Source: Octopus vulgaris
Lineage: Eukaryota
DNA: 64,000 bases
Assembly: GCA_951406725.2 (NCBI GenBank)
Contig: OX597822.1
Location: forward strand, 90,520,001 to 90,584,000
Direction: 5' to 3'
Made by a program: the position numbers and the translations under genes
Part shown: positions 40,745 through 48,310 of the stretch, piece after piece
Numbering within the stretch: position 1 is the first letter of the stretch
Layout: each line of letters begins with the position of its first letter
Notes under the pieces: generated by a model
Seen by the model: the letters and a program-made list of their open reading frames with translations, nothing else
The model's database searches: none
Told to the model about the DNA's origin: nothing

Positions 40745-43700
40745 AATTGCTCTATCCCATCTGGTCTTGATGCACTCTGAAGCTACCTTTTCTATTTCCC
40801 TCTCTCTTTCTGTCAAGATATTTCACATTCTTTCAAAATGTTTTAGAAGCTAGAGTATATTTGAAAAGATGGGGGATAAATTCCTGTGAAGATGAAGAGA
40901 AAGAAACACTAGAAACTATTGTAAATAATTGTCTCATCTATCAACCTGAATGTTTTTCTCTCCTCAGTGACAACCAGTATGGTTTCCATACAGCTATAGC
41001 TGGCAGAGGCTTGCATGTGTCATTCATTATTGTCTTCACTCTTGAAAGCAAAAGCTGTAACACTTCATTAGGTCCGACACAATAATTTCAAATCTTACTT
41101 ATGATATTCATCCATTCTTATTTATTTCAGACACACCATTGCAGCATTAGCCCTCGCTATCATTTCTGGTGTAAAAATAATGTCTCCCACATTCTTCTTT
41201 CTTTATCAATGATACACTCTCCCTTCTAATATAAACTCCTATGTAGATGCCTGTGCCGGTGGCACATAAAAAGCACCATCCGAACGTGGCCGATGCCAGC
41301 GCCGCCCCGACTGGCTCCTGTGCCGGTGGCACATAAAAAGACCATCCGAACGTTGCCAGCGCCGCTGGCACCTTAAAAGCTCCAGCCGATCGTGACCGAT
41401 GCCGGACCCCCCCCCCCTGGCACCTGTGCAGGTGGCACGTAAAAAGCACCCACTACACTCGCGGAGTGGTTGGCGTTAGGAAGGGCATCCAGCCGTAGAA
41501 ACTCTGCCAGATCAGACTGGAGCCTGGAGCAGCCCCTGGCTTCCCAGACCCCGGTTGAACCGTCCAACCCGTGCTAGCGCGGAAAACGGACGTTAAACGA
41601 TGATGATGATGATGATGTAGGTGATCCTTCCAAGTATCACCTACAAAGAAACAATCACTAGACATATCAAGGAAACAAAATTGTAACTTAGCATCTCTGG
41701 GCAGCACACAGCTAAAACATTTAAAACCTCAATAAAAGCTAGCTTCAATCTCAGATTTTTCGTGGTAATGACACATACATGAACTACCAAATTACATTAC
41801 AAATCCCTTTTATTGTCAGAAAATAATTTAATCCAGATAAGTTGCTAACTCCATAGAAAACTCAGGTGAGTATCACATCAAAAGACAGCAACATCCTAAA
41901 GGGCCTTTAAAAGGACAATTAACACTTCAAAACTGTTTCTTCTGTGTCTTTTTTATTTATTACAAAATTATTAGTCCCTTAAAGCAGTGCTTCTCAAACT
42001 ATCTGATGTGGCGTAGCGGCAGGGTCCCCCACCACCACCAATGTGCCAGGGAGCAGTAATATTTCTTAGTAATATTAATTTATACCAGAAACAATATATA
42101 TAATGAATATAATAATACATTGGCAATCTTTCGTCTCTAGTAGACCTTTCCGTCGATTTCCGTAAAAAAATTTTTTTTTTTACATATGGGCTTGCGGGAA
42201 CTTTTGAAGTAATGAGAGCGAAAGAGACTAAAAGAAAGCGATTGTATGACGAGGGAAGTTCTTTTGAAGTTACCGTGCATGGCAAGCATTGATGTACATG
42301 TGTGTGTGTGTGTGTGTGTATGTGTGTTTGATGGGGTGTGGGAGACAGACAGTATGTTGTGTAAGTGAAGTGCTTCTGTTAGTGTGTGTGAAGAGACAGA
42401 GTAATGTGTGAAAGAGAGAGATAACTGAAATTTTTTACTCGGTGTATGTGTATATGTATGTATATTACTTCAAAAGTTCCCGCAAGCCCATATGTAAAAA
42501 AAAAAAAATTTTTTACGGAAATCGACGGAAAGGTCTACTAGAGATGAAAGATCGCCAATACATTTATTTTATAAACAAATAATACAATATTACACAAGCA
42601 GATAAGTTGTTTACTGCAGTGCATAAGGCGAAATTATTGAAATTATGCTATTGTTTGTTTCTTTTCTGGAAACTCGCTGAGTACCGGCACCGGTCCGCGG
42701 ACCACCACTTTGAGCAGCACTGCCTTCGAGCATATTTAACTGTACGTCCTCTTACTCTCAGGCCTCGTCGGTGTTTGTTTCACCTCGATCGAAACTCACA
42801 CTAAACACTTTGCCTAGTCCTTCATTATTAGACCTGCAACACTCTGAAAGTCTCTCAAGTCTTCTTGCAGACATCAAACGCCTCAATCTCACCAAGCTGA
42901 GAGGGTTTGCAAAGTTCCAGACAACTCAATCCTCCTACGACAGACGTATAAAACTAAAATAAAAACGATCAATGCTAATCCATGTATTTTATTATTATTA
43001 TTTTTTAATTCTTGTATTTTAAATATGTTAGCTATGGTTACAATTAGTAAATGATGTTTTTTTTTTTCTAATAAAAAAAAACAACAAAAAAACTTCCAAG
43101 TATTTTTAAAGCCACAACATCAAACCATATAAGAATATCTGCCTTTTGACAGATTGATGTATATTTATGAGTAGAAAATTAGCTTGAAATATGTTCATAC
43201 TAATGGTGAATTCTAAAACAATGTGAACTGTCTTTACTACTACGTCTGGAATTGTAAAAAAGTGAAATCATAAACGTCATTCAAATTTTAATCAGAAAAG
43301 TTACGTGTAAATTAAAAATAAGTGAAATAGGAAATCTTGCTTCTAATGTTCTGCTTAGAATTTAGAAGGCTATAGAGTAAATAAAATACAATAGAAAATA
43401 TGTCATTTGGTTCAAAAATATATTTCTTTGTAACTTACTATAAATAAAATAATAATTTTGGAATTATTTACAGGGTAAAGCGATGCTGTGTGTGTGTGTA
43501 TACATATATATATGTATGTGTATATATATATGCGCGCGTTTTTTTTAATTTTTTTAGACATTAAACAGGTTATATGATAACCATATGGCAATTTACTATC
43601 ATATTTAAGATGAAATACTTGTAAAATGGATAAAATTCGAGAAAGAAAGTGGAAATTTTAAATTACTATTGTACCATATGTCCACTAAAGAAATCAGAGA

Positions 43701-44215
43701 ACGGTTTCTTTTCGAGGACTCACCCCTACCAAAAAGTTAACCAGACAAAAGGATGTCAAACCTACAGTATATAAATATGAATACTGATTGTGTTAACCAA
43801 CACTTTCGATGACTGAATACCCAGAGAAATATTGAATTACCAAAGAGTAACATAAACAGTCACTTCTACTTTCTAAAAGTTAAAAATTTTGAAGTCGCAC
43901 ATTACTATGTGACGTCACAAAAGCTGGTGTATTCTCCAAGAGTTAAAAACTTTTAATCAAATCATAAAAAAGGCACACAGAAAATACAATCCAGAAGATG
44001 GACATGAAGTTAGATTTAAAAAGGGGCAAAAACGCAGCAATGAAATATTAAACATATCCTTGAAAAGTAGACATGACAGCACAGTATGTAACCATGTGCT
44101 CCAAAATCTTGAAATTACTTCTCTCGTCACAATAAAGTTCAAATTATCACACAAGACTATAACTTAATTTTACTTACATATCATCCTCTTGTTGCTTTCT
44201 CTTAGGTTTGCCCAT
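2176..44215 (-). CDS. EIF5B: Eukaryotic translation initiation factor 5B (IF2 homolog), spliced gene, 5' part (13 coding exons; continues beyond the left edge)
   Basis: Hand-spliced exons 44215-44178, 26892-26808, 24440-24300, 22007-21498, 21006-20919, 15356-15229, 13783-13667, 11983-11833, 10359-10273, 7173-7033, 5449-5319, 4146-4039 and 2286-2176 join into one frame (1836 nt) with GT-AG introns. A K/E/D-rich N-terminus is followed by [22 protein letters not shown] and [16 protein letters not shown], the eIF5B/IF2 G-domain signature. Confidence 0.96.
4039..4146 (-). CDS. EIF5B: eIF5B coding exon 12 (P-loop: [22 protein letters not shown])
   Basis: G1 motif GHVDTGKT; acceptor ATTAG, donor GTACTC, 108 nt. 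Confidence 0.97.
4348..5211. mobile_element. Foldback/MITE with ~190-bp terminal inverted repeats, TA-flanked
   Basis: TA-CATGGAAAAATG...CATTTTTCCATG-TA. Arms at about 4348-4535 and 5035-5211 are reverse complements (e.g. aaaatattgcagctaaggataaaattt / aaattttatccttagctgcaatattt). Confidence 0.8.
5319..5449 (-). CDS. EIF5B: eIF5B coding exon 11 ([12 protein letters not shown]...[10 protein letters not shown])
   Basis: Acceptor CTCCATAG, donor GTAAGT, 131 nt; acidic tract, then the helix preceding the G domain. Confidence 0.9.
5770..6836 (+). mobile_element. Internally deleted piggyBac relic
   Basis: Acidic N-terminus, then W...F...G...PLDFF and I.AETN.YA, joined directly to the Cys-rich tail (CCEC...CAFCKV...GCFTTFH; ORF 5993..6202). 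Ends GGG-TTAA at 6834-6840. Confidence 0.8.
7033..7173 (-). CDS. EIF5B: eIF5B coding exon 10 ([10 protein letters not shown]...[14 protein letters not shown])
   Basis: Acceptor CAACAG, donor GTAATT, 141 nt; acidic W-D motif region; lies inside ORF 6908..7363. Confidence 0.87.
8061..8612 (-). mobile_element. RTE LINE 3' UTR with a 63-bp internal tandem repeat (5 copies)
   Basis: (CAT)n tail at 8061; unit TGTGCCACCGACACAGGTGCCAGACGAGGCTGGC... starts at 8232, 8295, 8358, 8421 and 8497. Confidence 0.85.
10273..10359 (-). CDS. EIF5B: eIF5B coding exon 9 ([25 protein letters not shown])
   Basis: Acceptor TTGTTTTAG, donor GTATGT, 87 nt; contains the P.K..PKKR..Y.DKK motif. Confidence 0.9.
10982..11444 (-). 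mobile_element. Non-autonomous piggyBac-family derivative (~460 bp)
   Basis: Left part is the reverse complement of the 3' end of the 140-1061 and 5770-6836 relics. The other end is GGTAATGAAAGGG, the same TIR family. Confidence 0.65.
11833..11983 (-). CDS. EIF5B: eIF5B coding exon 8 (…[25 protein letters not shown]…SQG)
   Basis: Acceptor TTTCTAG, donor GTAATT, 151 nt; the KKQKEKE..E.LK.EGKLLT..Q motif is conserved in eIF5B. Confidence 0.95.
12057..12461 (-). mobile_element. tRNA-derived SINE, family A
   Basis: Minus-strand head GGAGTGGCTGTGTGG (A box)...GGTTCAGTCCC (B box), internal (TA/CA)n, AAAGAGT tail. Confidence 0.9.
12700..13230 (-). mobile_element. RTE LINE 3' end including the ORF C-terminus
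   Basis: (CAT)n tail and 3' UTR contiguous with sequence translating to RGKPRKT on the minus strand, which links the GAT-tailed repeat to RTE. Confidence 0.65.
13667..13783 (-). CDS. EIF5B: eIF5B coding exon 7 ([24 protein letters not shown]...)
   Basis: Acceptor TTTTACCAG, donor GTATGT, 117 nt; charged coiled-coil segment characteristic of eIF5B. Confidence 0.92.
15229..15356 (-). CDS. EIF5B: eIF5B coding exon 6 ([10 protein letters not shown]...KTKKPKGQ)
   Basis: Acceptor TTTAATTTAG, donor GTAAAT, 128 nt; overlaps ORF 15214..15399. Confidence 0.85.
15880..16185 (-). mobile_element. RTE LINE 3' end
   Basis: Same 3' UTR family; minus strand reads LTEAMTND...YAVLE at about 16090-16145. Confidence 0.7.
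18687..19657 (+). repeat. 279-bp direct duplication (18687-18965 = 19379-19657)
   Basis: Near-identical copies offset by 692 bp; only two differences noticed by eye. Confidence 0.9.
19185..19404. mobile_element. piggyBac-type MITE (~220 bp)
   Basis: TTAA on both sides (19181-84, 19405-08); CCCTTTC...GATAGGG termini; same family as 23869-24083. Confidence 0.85.
20206..20745 (-). mobile_element. RTE LINE 3' UTR with a ~93-bp tandem duplication
   Basis: Tail and UTR as in the other copies; CCTCAAGAACAGC...TTTGTCGGGTCTT occurs at about 20566 and 20659. Confidence 0.75.
20919..21006 (-). CDS. EIF5B: eIF5B coding exon 5 ([13 protein letters not shown]...AEHH)
   Basis: Acceptor ATTCAG, donor GTAAGT, 88 nt; phase 0 in and phase 1 out matches exon 6. 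Confidence 0.8.
21498..22007 (-). CDS. EIF5B: eIF5B coding exon 4 (contains [12 protein letters not shown], the EEVKKS repeat and [15 protein letters not shown])
   Basis: Acceptor TTTTTAG, donor GTATGT, 510 nt open. DIDAILA and [12 protein letters not shown] are motifs typical of the eIF5B N-terminal region. Confidence 0.9.
21585..21773 (-). repeat. Coding minisatellite, 18-bp unit ([18 protein letters not shown]), about 10 copies
   Basis: Plus strand reads tandem (cttcttcactctttttca) and (cttcttcgcccttcttca) variants, in frame within eIF5B exon 4. Confidence 0.95.
22327..22770 (-). mobile_element. RTE LINE 3' UTR
   Basis: (CAT)n CGTTTAACGTC...GGATGCCCTTCCTAACGCCAACCACTCCGAGAGTGTAG plus degenerate tandem units. 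Confidence 0.8.
23869..24083. mobile_element. piggyBac-type MITE (215 bp)
   Basis: TTAA TSD (23865-68, 24084-87); perfect TIR CCCTTTCGTTAC...GTAACGAAAGGG. Confidence 0.9.
24300..24440 (-). CDS. EIF5B: eIF5B coding exon 3 ([14 protein letters not shown]...[12 protein letters not shown])
   Basis: Acceptor CTTTCTAG, donor GTAAGT, 141 nt open, K/D-rich. Confidence 0.85.
24763..24987 (-). mobile_element. SINE family A, 3' half
   Basis: ACTTGTTTCAGTCATTTGACTGTGGCCATGCTGGAGCAC...GGGGGACAAACACAGACAC. Confidence 0.8.
25058..25815 (+). mobile_element. Further piggyBac-family right-end fragments
   Basis: 25058-25145 ends AGAAATATAGTAACAAAAGGG-TTAA. About 25520-25810 aligns by eye with 600-970 and is interrupted by a Helitron-like element. 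Confidence 0.6.
25816..26204 (-). mobile_element. Non-autonomous Helitron-like element
   Basis: Minus strand starts A|TCTTTATATATAAAA and ends with a GC-rich hairpin (CCCAAGCAACGCCGGG) then CTAG|T. No TSD. Contains an internal duplicated segment. Confidence 0.75.
26808..26892 (-). CDS. EIF5B: eIF5B coding exon 2 ([28 protein letters not shown])
   Basis: Acceptor TTTATTTTAG, donor GTGAGT, 85 nt, phase 2 in and phase 0 out. Confidence 0.8.
27155..27375. mobile_element. Second TTAA-flanked MITE family (TIR CCCTTTAG), nested in an old RTE 3' end
   Basis: TTAA-CCCTTTAG...CTAAAGGG-TTAA. The flanks resemble the RTE 3'-end repeat. A fragment of the same MITE follows position 1062. Confidence 0.75.
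27740..29170 (-). mobile_element. RTE-clade LINE relic (reverse transcriptase region)
   Basis: NYRDIKLL...[24 protein letters not shown]...LAFVDL (ORF 28666..29082), then GVHQGPVLS and LLYADD downstream, with frameshifts and stops. Confidence 0.9.
29303..29513. mobile_element. piggyBac-type MITE, inverted relative to the 19.2 and 23.9 kb copies
   Basis: TTAA on both sides; reverse complement of the 23869-24083 element. Confidence 0.85.
31560..32400 (-). mobile_element. Penelope-like element relic (GIY-YIG endonuclease region)
   Basis: Minus strand [11 protein letters not shown]...NVIYKCTV and WSII...Y...CKQCLQE...LLN..NE..STCNH (ORF 31582..31779); interrupted by (TA)n. Confidence 0.65.
32511..32824 (-). 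mobile_element. tRNA-derived SINE, family B
   Basis: Minus-strand head GGCGCGTGGCTCAGTGGTTAGAGCG...GAGTTCGAATCCC (A/B boxes), then the CORE-like segment GTTCTTGAGCAAGACACTT. Confidence 0.8.
33823..34218 (-). mobile_element. SINE family A, near full length
   Basis: Aligns with 12057-12461 throughout. Confidence 0.9.
34981..35426 (+). mobile_element. SINE family A, full length
   Basis: AGGCGCAGGAGTGGCTGTGTGG...GGTTCAGTCCC...ACCTTGGGCAAG (CORE-like)...(TA)n...AAAAGAGTAAAGAGT. Confidence 0.9.
35146..35192. repeat. (TA)n microsatellite (others at about 6209, 23766, 30345, 31908, 40711)
   Basis: Visible dinucleotide runs. Confidence 0.9.
35885..36300 (-). mobile_element. SINE family D: one copy (~36027-36258) nested in an older copy of the same family
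   Basis: CTGGTACTT...CCCC.AAA.GATG.AAGGCAAAGTCGA occurs twice; the tail of the outer copy (GATTCTGCCAACTCACCACCTT) resumes after the inner copy. Confidence 0.7.
36400..36855 (+). mobile_element. Tc1/mariner-superfamily transposase relic (DD37D/maT-like)
   Basis: KFPQTVMV...[17 protein letters not shown]...VKPW...APCHTS...[13 protein letters not shown] (SPDxNPxDY motif), frameshifted. Confidence 0.7.
36900..38830 (-). mobile_element. CR1/L2-group LINE relic
   Basis: [29 protein letters not shown]...NVDI.LNFAKGF (ORF 37808..38050; cf. DFAKAFD), with a PQGT-like motif near 37660; heavily degraded. Confidence 0.7.
40251..40707 (-). mobile_element. RTE 3' end fragment (40251-40349) abutting a SINE family A copy (40350-40707)
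   Basis: Both consensus sequences are recognisable by comparison with other copies in this window. Confidence 0.75.
41245..41617 (+). mobile_element. RTE LINE 3' UTR (young, CpG-rich copy)
   Basis: Tandem TGTGCCGGTGGCACATAAAA units, then the UTR and a (GAT)n tail. Confidence 0.8.
41985..42722. mobile_element. hAT (Charlie-like) MITE
   Basis: TIR CAGTGCTTCTCAAA...TTTGAGCAGCACTG; imperfect 8-bp TSD CCTTAAAG (41977-84) / CCTTCGAG (42723-30). Confidence 0.75.
42120..42558. mobile_element. MITE with ~90-bp near-perfect TIRs nested inside the hAT MITE
   Basis: TTGGCAATCTTTCGTCTCTAGTAGACC...GAAGTAAT is mirrored at about 42464-42558. Flanked by TACA on both sides (42116-19, 42559-62). Confidence 0.75.
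43908..43919. promoter_or_regulatory. Palindromic CRE-like site in promoter-proximal intron 1
   Basis: TGTGACGTCACA, a 12-bp palindrome containing TGACGTCA, about 260 bp into intron 1. Confidence 0.3.
44178..44215 (-). CDS. EIF5B: eIF5B coding exon 1 ([12 protein letters not shown] + 2 nt)
   Basis: ATG at 44215, donor GTAAGT at 44177-44172. Phase 2 joins exon 2 in frame. The short MGK.K.K..ED start resembles the metazoan eIF5B N-terminus. Confidence 0.85.
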
Positions 44216-44219
44216 GCTT

Positions 44220-44330
44220 AATTACAGTACGCATACAACACCTTGGAATCTCACGCCACACGCAGTTAACAGCATCAACGGAAGACACCGGAAGTTGCTA
44301 AGTGCTCATGCGCTTCATCTGGTAATTTCC
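44220..44330 (-). promoter_or_regulatory. Probable eIF5B core promoter/5' UTR with an ETS-type motif
   Basis: ACCGGAAGTT at 44287-44296, about 70 bp upstream of the ATG, in a locally CpG-retaining stretch. ETS sites are common at TATA-less housekeeping promoters. TSS not determined. Confidence 0.5.
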
Positions 44331-45044
44331 TTTACATATATTCGTCTCCACATGTTTTATGTTCCAGGTACGAATGAGTAACTGATGGTCTTTATATTTT
44401 TCAGAGCTTAGCTGCGTATACTTTTCAAAAAGGCCTCTTGGTGCAGTAAAATAACTTTCAACACAACAGTTGTTTTTATACACTTTTTTTTTTGGCCCGT
44501 GACAAGTAAAAGCGATTCAAATATCCTAATATATACCCAATTTGCTAAAAATCAATATCTTAATATAACCAGATCAATCGCTAGTGCTATGTTTCTTTCA
44601 TCAAGCATATCGTCAACTTTAAATTGTGTAATTTTGATGACAAACGAACTATTCTCTACTTGGTCATTTGTCTATCATGACTGATACTCTAAATGCATTG
44701 CTTTCAAAATACCCTTAAGTACCAACTTCATTCGCTCATAACGATATAAAGTTCTTTGGTGGCTAGAGATCGAGACACAGACATCAACATCATATTTCAA
44801 ATGCTATCAAGTGTCAAGTCTTAATGCAAACATAGACCTGAGTCTCTACTTAGTGCTCAATTATTTGCTCTTAAGAAAATAGTGACATCCCATGGCACTT
44901 GGTCCAGAAACTAGTGTTCAAGGTTTCTCTTTGCCCTGTAAGAAATCAGGTACTCTGAACTTTCACGTCACCAGTTTAGTGTTGGTGTTACACATGGTTG
45001 TGAAGTTATTTTAGTCAACAGTCCCTTGGGTGGTCCAATGGTAA

Positions 45045-45260
45045 TATTAGTTTCAAATTTTGGCTCAAAGCCAGCAAATTTTGAGGAGTTGGGCAAATCA
45101 AATACATCAACCCCAGTGCTCAACTGGTACTTAATTTATCAATCCTGAAAGGATGAAAGGCAAAGTAGACCTCAGTGACATCTGAACTCACAATGTAGAC
45201 AGATGAAATACCACCAAGCATTTTTCCCAGCATGCTAATGATTCTGCCAGCTTGCTACCT
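45045..45260 (-). mobile_element. SINE family D
   Basis: CCCCAGTGCTCAACTGGTACTTAATTTATC...GGATGAAAGGCAAAGTAGACCTC...GATTCTGCCAGC. Confidence 0.75.
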
Positions 45261-45508
45261 TGCCCAATGGTAACATTAAAACCTGATGTTAAGAATATCT
45301 TCAATCAAATCACTTGTAGTGCAACTGATATGAATGCTTACTATCCAAGACTGTACTATTTAGTTTTGAGATTGTTCTGTAATAACTTAGCATCATATCT
45401 AGTATCCAACATGAAGCTCTCCAGTCCTCTTATTCTCTGTCATAGCCATCAACGACATTGTAAAAAGAGAGTTTCATCAGAAATGAATATCTGGTATTTA
45501 GATGATAC

Positions 45509-46193
45509 GGATCTTTTCCTTTTGAACGGCACTTTGTAACATAATTTCTAGGTAACTAAAAAGTTTTAAACTTCGTATACTGGTAGAATGTGTTTATAAA
45601 ACATCATTTTCTCTTGGCTTTATTGAGAAAATTCTATAGTTTCTAAGATATTTCATCTGAAATTTTGAGCATTTCGGCAATTTTAACCAATCGATTACCT
45701 CCATTGAGCTAAAATCATTTGCTGCGTCTAAAACTGAGACAACATCCTGTCACTAACCCTAAACCTCACCCTAACCCTGAATTTTTTTTTCTTAATTGTT
45801 AAATTCCGTATACGTACAGAAAGCGTGTGTATAAAATTATAGAATTATTTTGTTTGTTAATTGTTTAAATTATTTTCCATTGCTTTCGTTTTTTACACGC
45901 GTAACAATTAAATTAATTTAACAATTAAGAAAAAAATTTAGGGTTTGGGTGAGGTTTAGGGTTAGTGACAGGATGTTGTCTCAGTTTTAGATGCAGCAAA
46001 TGATTTTAGCTCAATTAGAGGCGATTCATTGGTTAAAATTCGAAAAATTAAACTACGTTAAACAAACGAATTACAATTTTATCAAGAAAGCAAAGAGAAA
46101 AAAATGTTTTATTTTGACACATTCTACCAGTATACGAAGTTTTAAAGTGTTTAGTTAACTAGAAATTGTGTGCCATTCAAAAGGAAAAGATCC
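45509..46193. mobile_element. Palindromic (foldback) MITE, Merlin-like ends, internal TTAGGG-like repeats
   Basis: GGATCTTTTCCTTTTGAA...TTCAAAAGGAAAAGATCC with arms of about 300 bp; 8-bp TSD GATGATAC/GATGAGAC; CTAACCCT motifs at 45753-45778, mirrored at about 45938-45965. Confidence 0.8.
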
Positions 46194-46529
46194 GATGAGA
46201 CAACTGTGAGACAACTGCAGGAGGAATAGCTAGCTAGAAGCTAGTCTTTATATGCTTAGCACTTGTTGACTAGAGAAGGTCACCTTTGACAAAGTTCCAC
46301 ATTCTGTAACTTAGCAATCACTACAGAAATTGGGCTTGTGAAGCAGTAGAAGTGAGCATACCAAAAGCAAAGTAGCTGCAGTAAGACTGAGGAGAAGGTT
46401 CAGAGAGCTGATTACAAAAAGCTTCTCTCTTATAGTAAAAGACAGGCTGTGTGATGAGGGCATGTGATGTGTATAGAGAATGACAGGTGTGTGAAATACT
46501 GACTACTCAAACTGGGTGGGATGTGTTTT

Positions 46530-46833
46530 TGTTGTTTGTTCCTTCTTGAGCCATGCCTGGCTCATAAGGGGCGGTTTCCCGGTTTCCTTGGCATATAGGT
46601 TCCCCACCTGGACGGGACGCTGGTCCATCACAGGTGAGCTGCAAGATGCAGGAAGAAAGAGTGAGAGAAAGTTGTGGTGAAAGAGTCACCAGAAGTTTCG
46701 CCATTACCTTCTGCCGGAGCCGCGTGGAACTTAGGTGTTTTGCTCATAAACACACACATTGTCCGGTCTGAGATTCGAACCTGTAATCCCTCGACCGTGA
46801 GTCCACTGCTCTAACCACTAGACCATGTGCCTC
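46530..46833 (-). mobile_element. tRNA-derived SINE, family C
   Basis: Minus-strand head GAGGCACATGGTCTAGTGGTTAGAGCAG...GGTTCGAATCTC; shares GAAAGAGTGAGAGAAAGTTGTGG with the 49.4 kb copy. Confidence 0.8.
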
Positions 46834-48251
46834 ACTCGGGTGGAACATGTGCAAGTGGGAGACCAAAGAAGACAGGATGAAATGGTGAAGACTAATCTCA
46901 AGATGCTGCACTTCATGAAAGAGATGACAAGGGACTGTGCTGATTGGCAACATACAGTTCTGGAGAGAAGCCAACTGTCAATGCAAGCATGATGAAAAGT
47001 ACATAAAACGGTAGTAATAGAAGTTTCCATTTGCTGTCCTGTCACTTCACTTCATTTGATATCCTCTCATCATTCAATCACTCCTCTCTCTTTTATTCAC
47101 TGTATTTTGCTACATATGTAATGAGGAGTAATATTGAATCTGTTGATATTCAATCTCTTACCACTGCCTACATCACTTAACTTCTCACTATTCTATCAAT
47201 ACATATACACAGAGAAATTGCACTAGATCCGTTGATATTTGTTACACCTTCCTCATTCTGGACTACTAGCCATCATTTGGTATTGATATCTATCACTCTC
47301 TCACAGTCTCTCTTACTATTATCCATCTTTCTAACTATTTATCAGTTGCTCTCTTATTTACTAGCAAGCCAACAGCTACTATTACTGACTCCCATTATCC
47401 TCTGCCATTACTGTGTCCCACGCCACCACTGTCTGTCTCTTTCTCTCATGATTCTTTTCACATTGTCTTTTTCATCTCTTCCTCTTCTACCACTCTTGTA
47501 ATTCTAATCTACACTAGCTTCTTTCACCCTCTCATCTTAGTTTTATCTTTTATCATCATCCTCTCCTATTTTAACTCTTTTGACCACATTGTTTTGAAGG
47601 AATGAAGACAACATACAAGAATAAAAGCACCCAGTACATCCTATAAAACGATTGGTGATTGTGAAGGGACACTATAGGGTTGAGAGGACCCTATAGACTT
47701 ATGAAGGACATTTTAACATCTCTTTATTTATTTATTTTTTTTATCTAGTTTCAGCTCACAAGCTGTGGCCATGCAGAATAAGCACCAGGCTTACAGGGAA
47801 TAAGTCCATGGGCCGATTTCTTTGACTAAAGGGCAGTGTTCCAGCATGGCCACAGGCAAATGACTGAAACAAGTAAAAGAACAAAAGAATACCAGAACAT
47901 TCCGTACCACTAAATCAAGAAGGTTCTTTGACTATGTACAATGTATTCTCTAATGCTGGTATCTTGATAAAATGCGTCCATTACATTCTGCTAAGTATTT
48001 AGTGTCAGGAAGGGTATCCAGTTAAGAACCAACACAACTGAGATATGGTTCTCCATCCTGGAGTACTATAATCAGAATCGGTTCATATTCAGAGTACTGC
48101 CCTCTAGTAGTCCTCTAAATAACAACTGATTCAGACCATGATAACCTGTCTAACTCATGCTAGCATGGAAAGCAGATGGAAAATGCTGTTGTTATATATA
48201 TACATATATATGTATGTATCATCATCATCATTTAATGTCCATTTTCCATGC

Positions 48252-48310
48252 TGGAACTCTGTCAAAGGTGACCTTCTCTAGTCAACAAGTGCTAAGCATA
48301 TAAAGACTAG
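48252..48310 (-). repeat. 59-bp inverted copy of 46241-46299 inside an RTE 3'-end repeat
   Basis: The reverse complement matches 46241-46299 at 58/59 positions. Confidence 0.9.

Noticed and set aside
44300-44420. Divergent plus-strand gene sharing the eIF5B promoter
   Set aside because: Splice-like signals (CTG|GTAATT, TTCCAG) exist, but no credible ORF or further exons were found.
45753-45965. Interstitial telomere or chromosome fusion site
   Set aside because: Only a few degenerate units, arranged as part of a TSD-flanked palindromic MITE.
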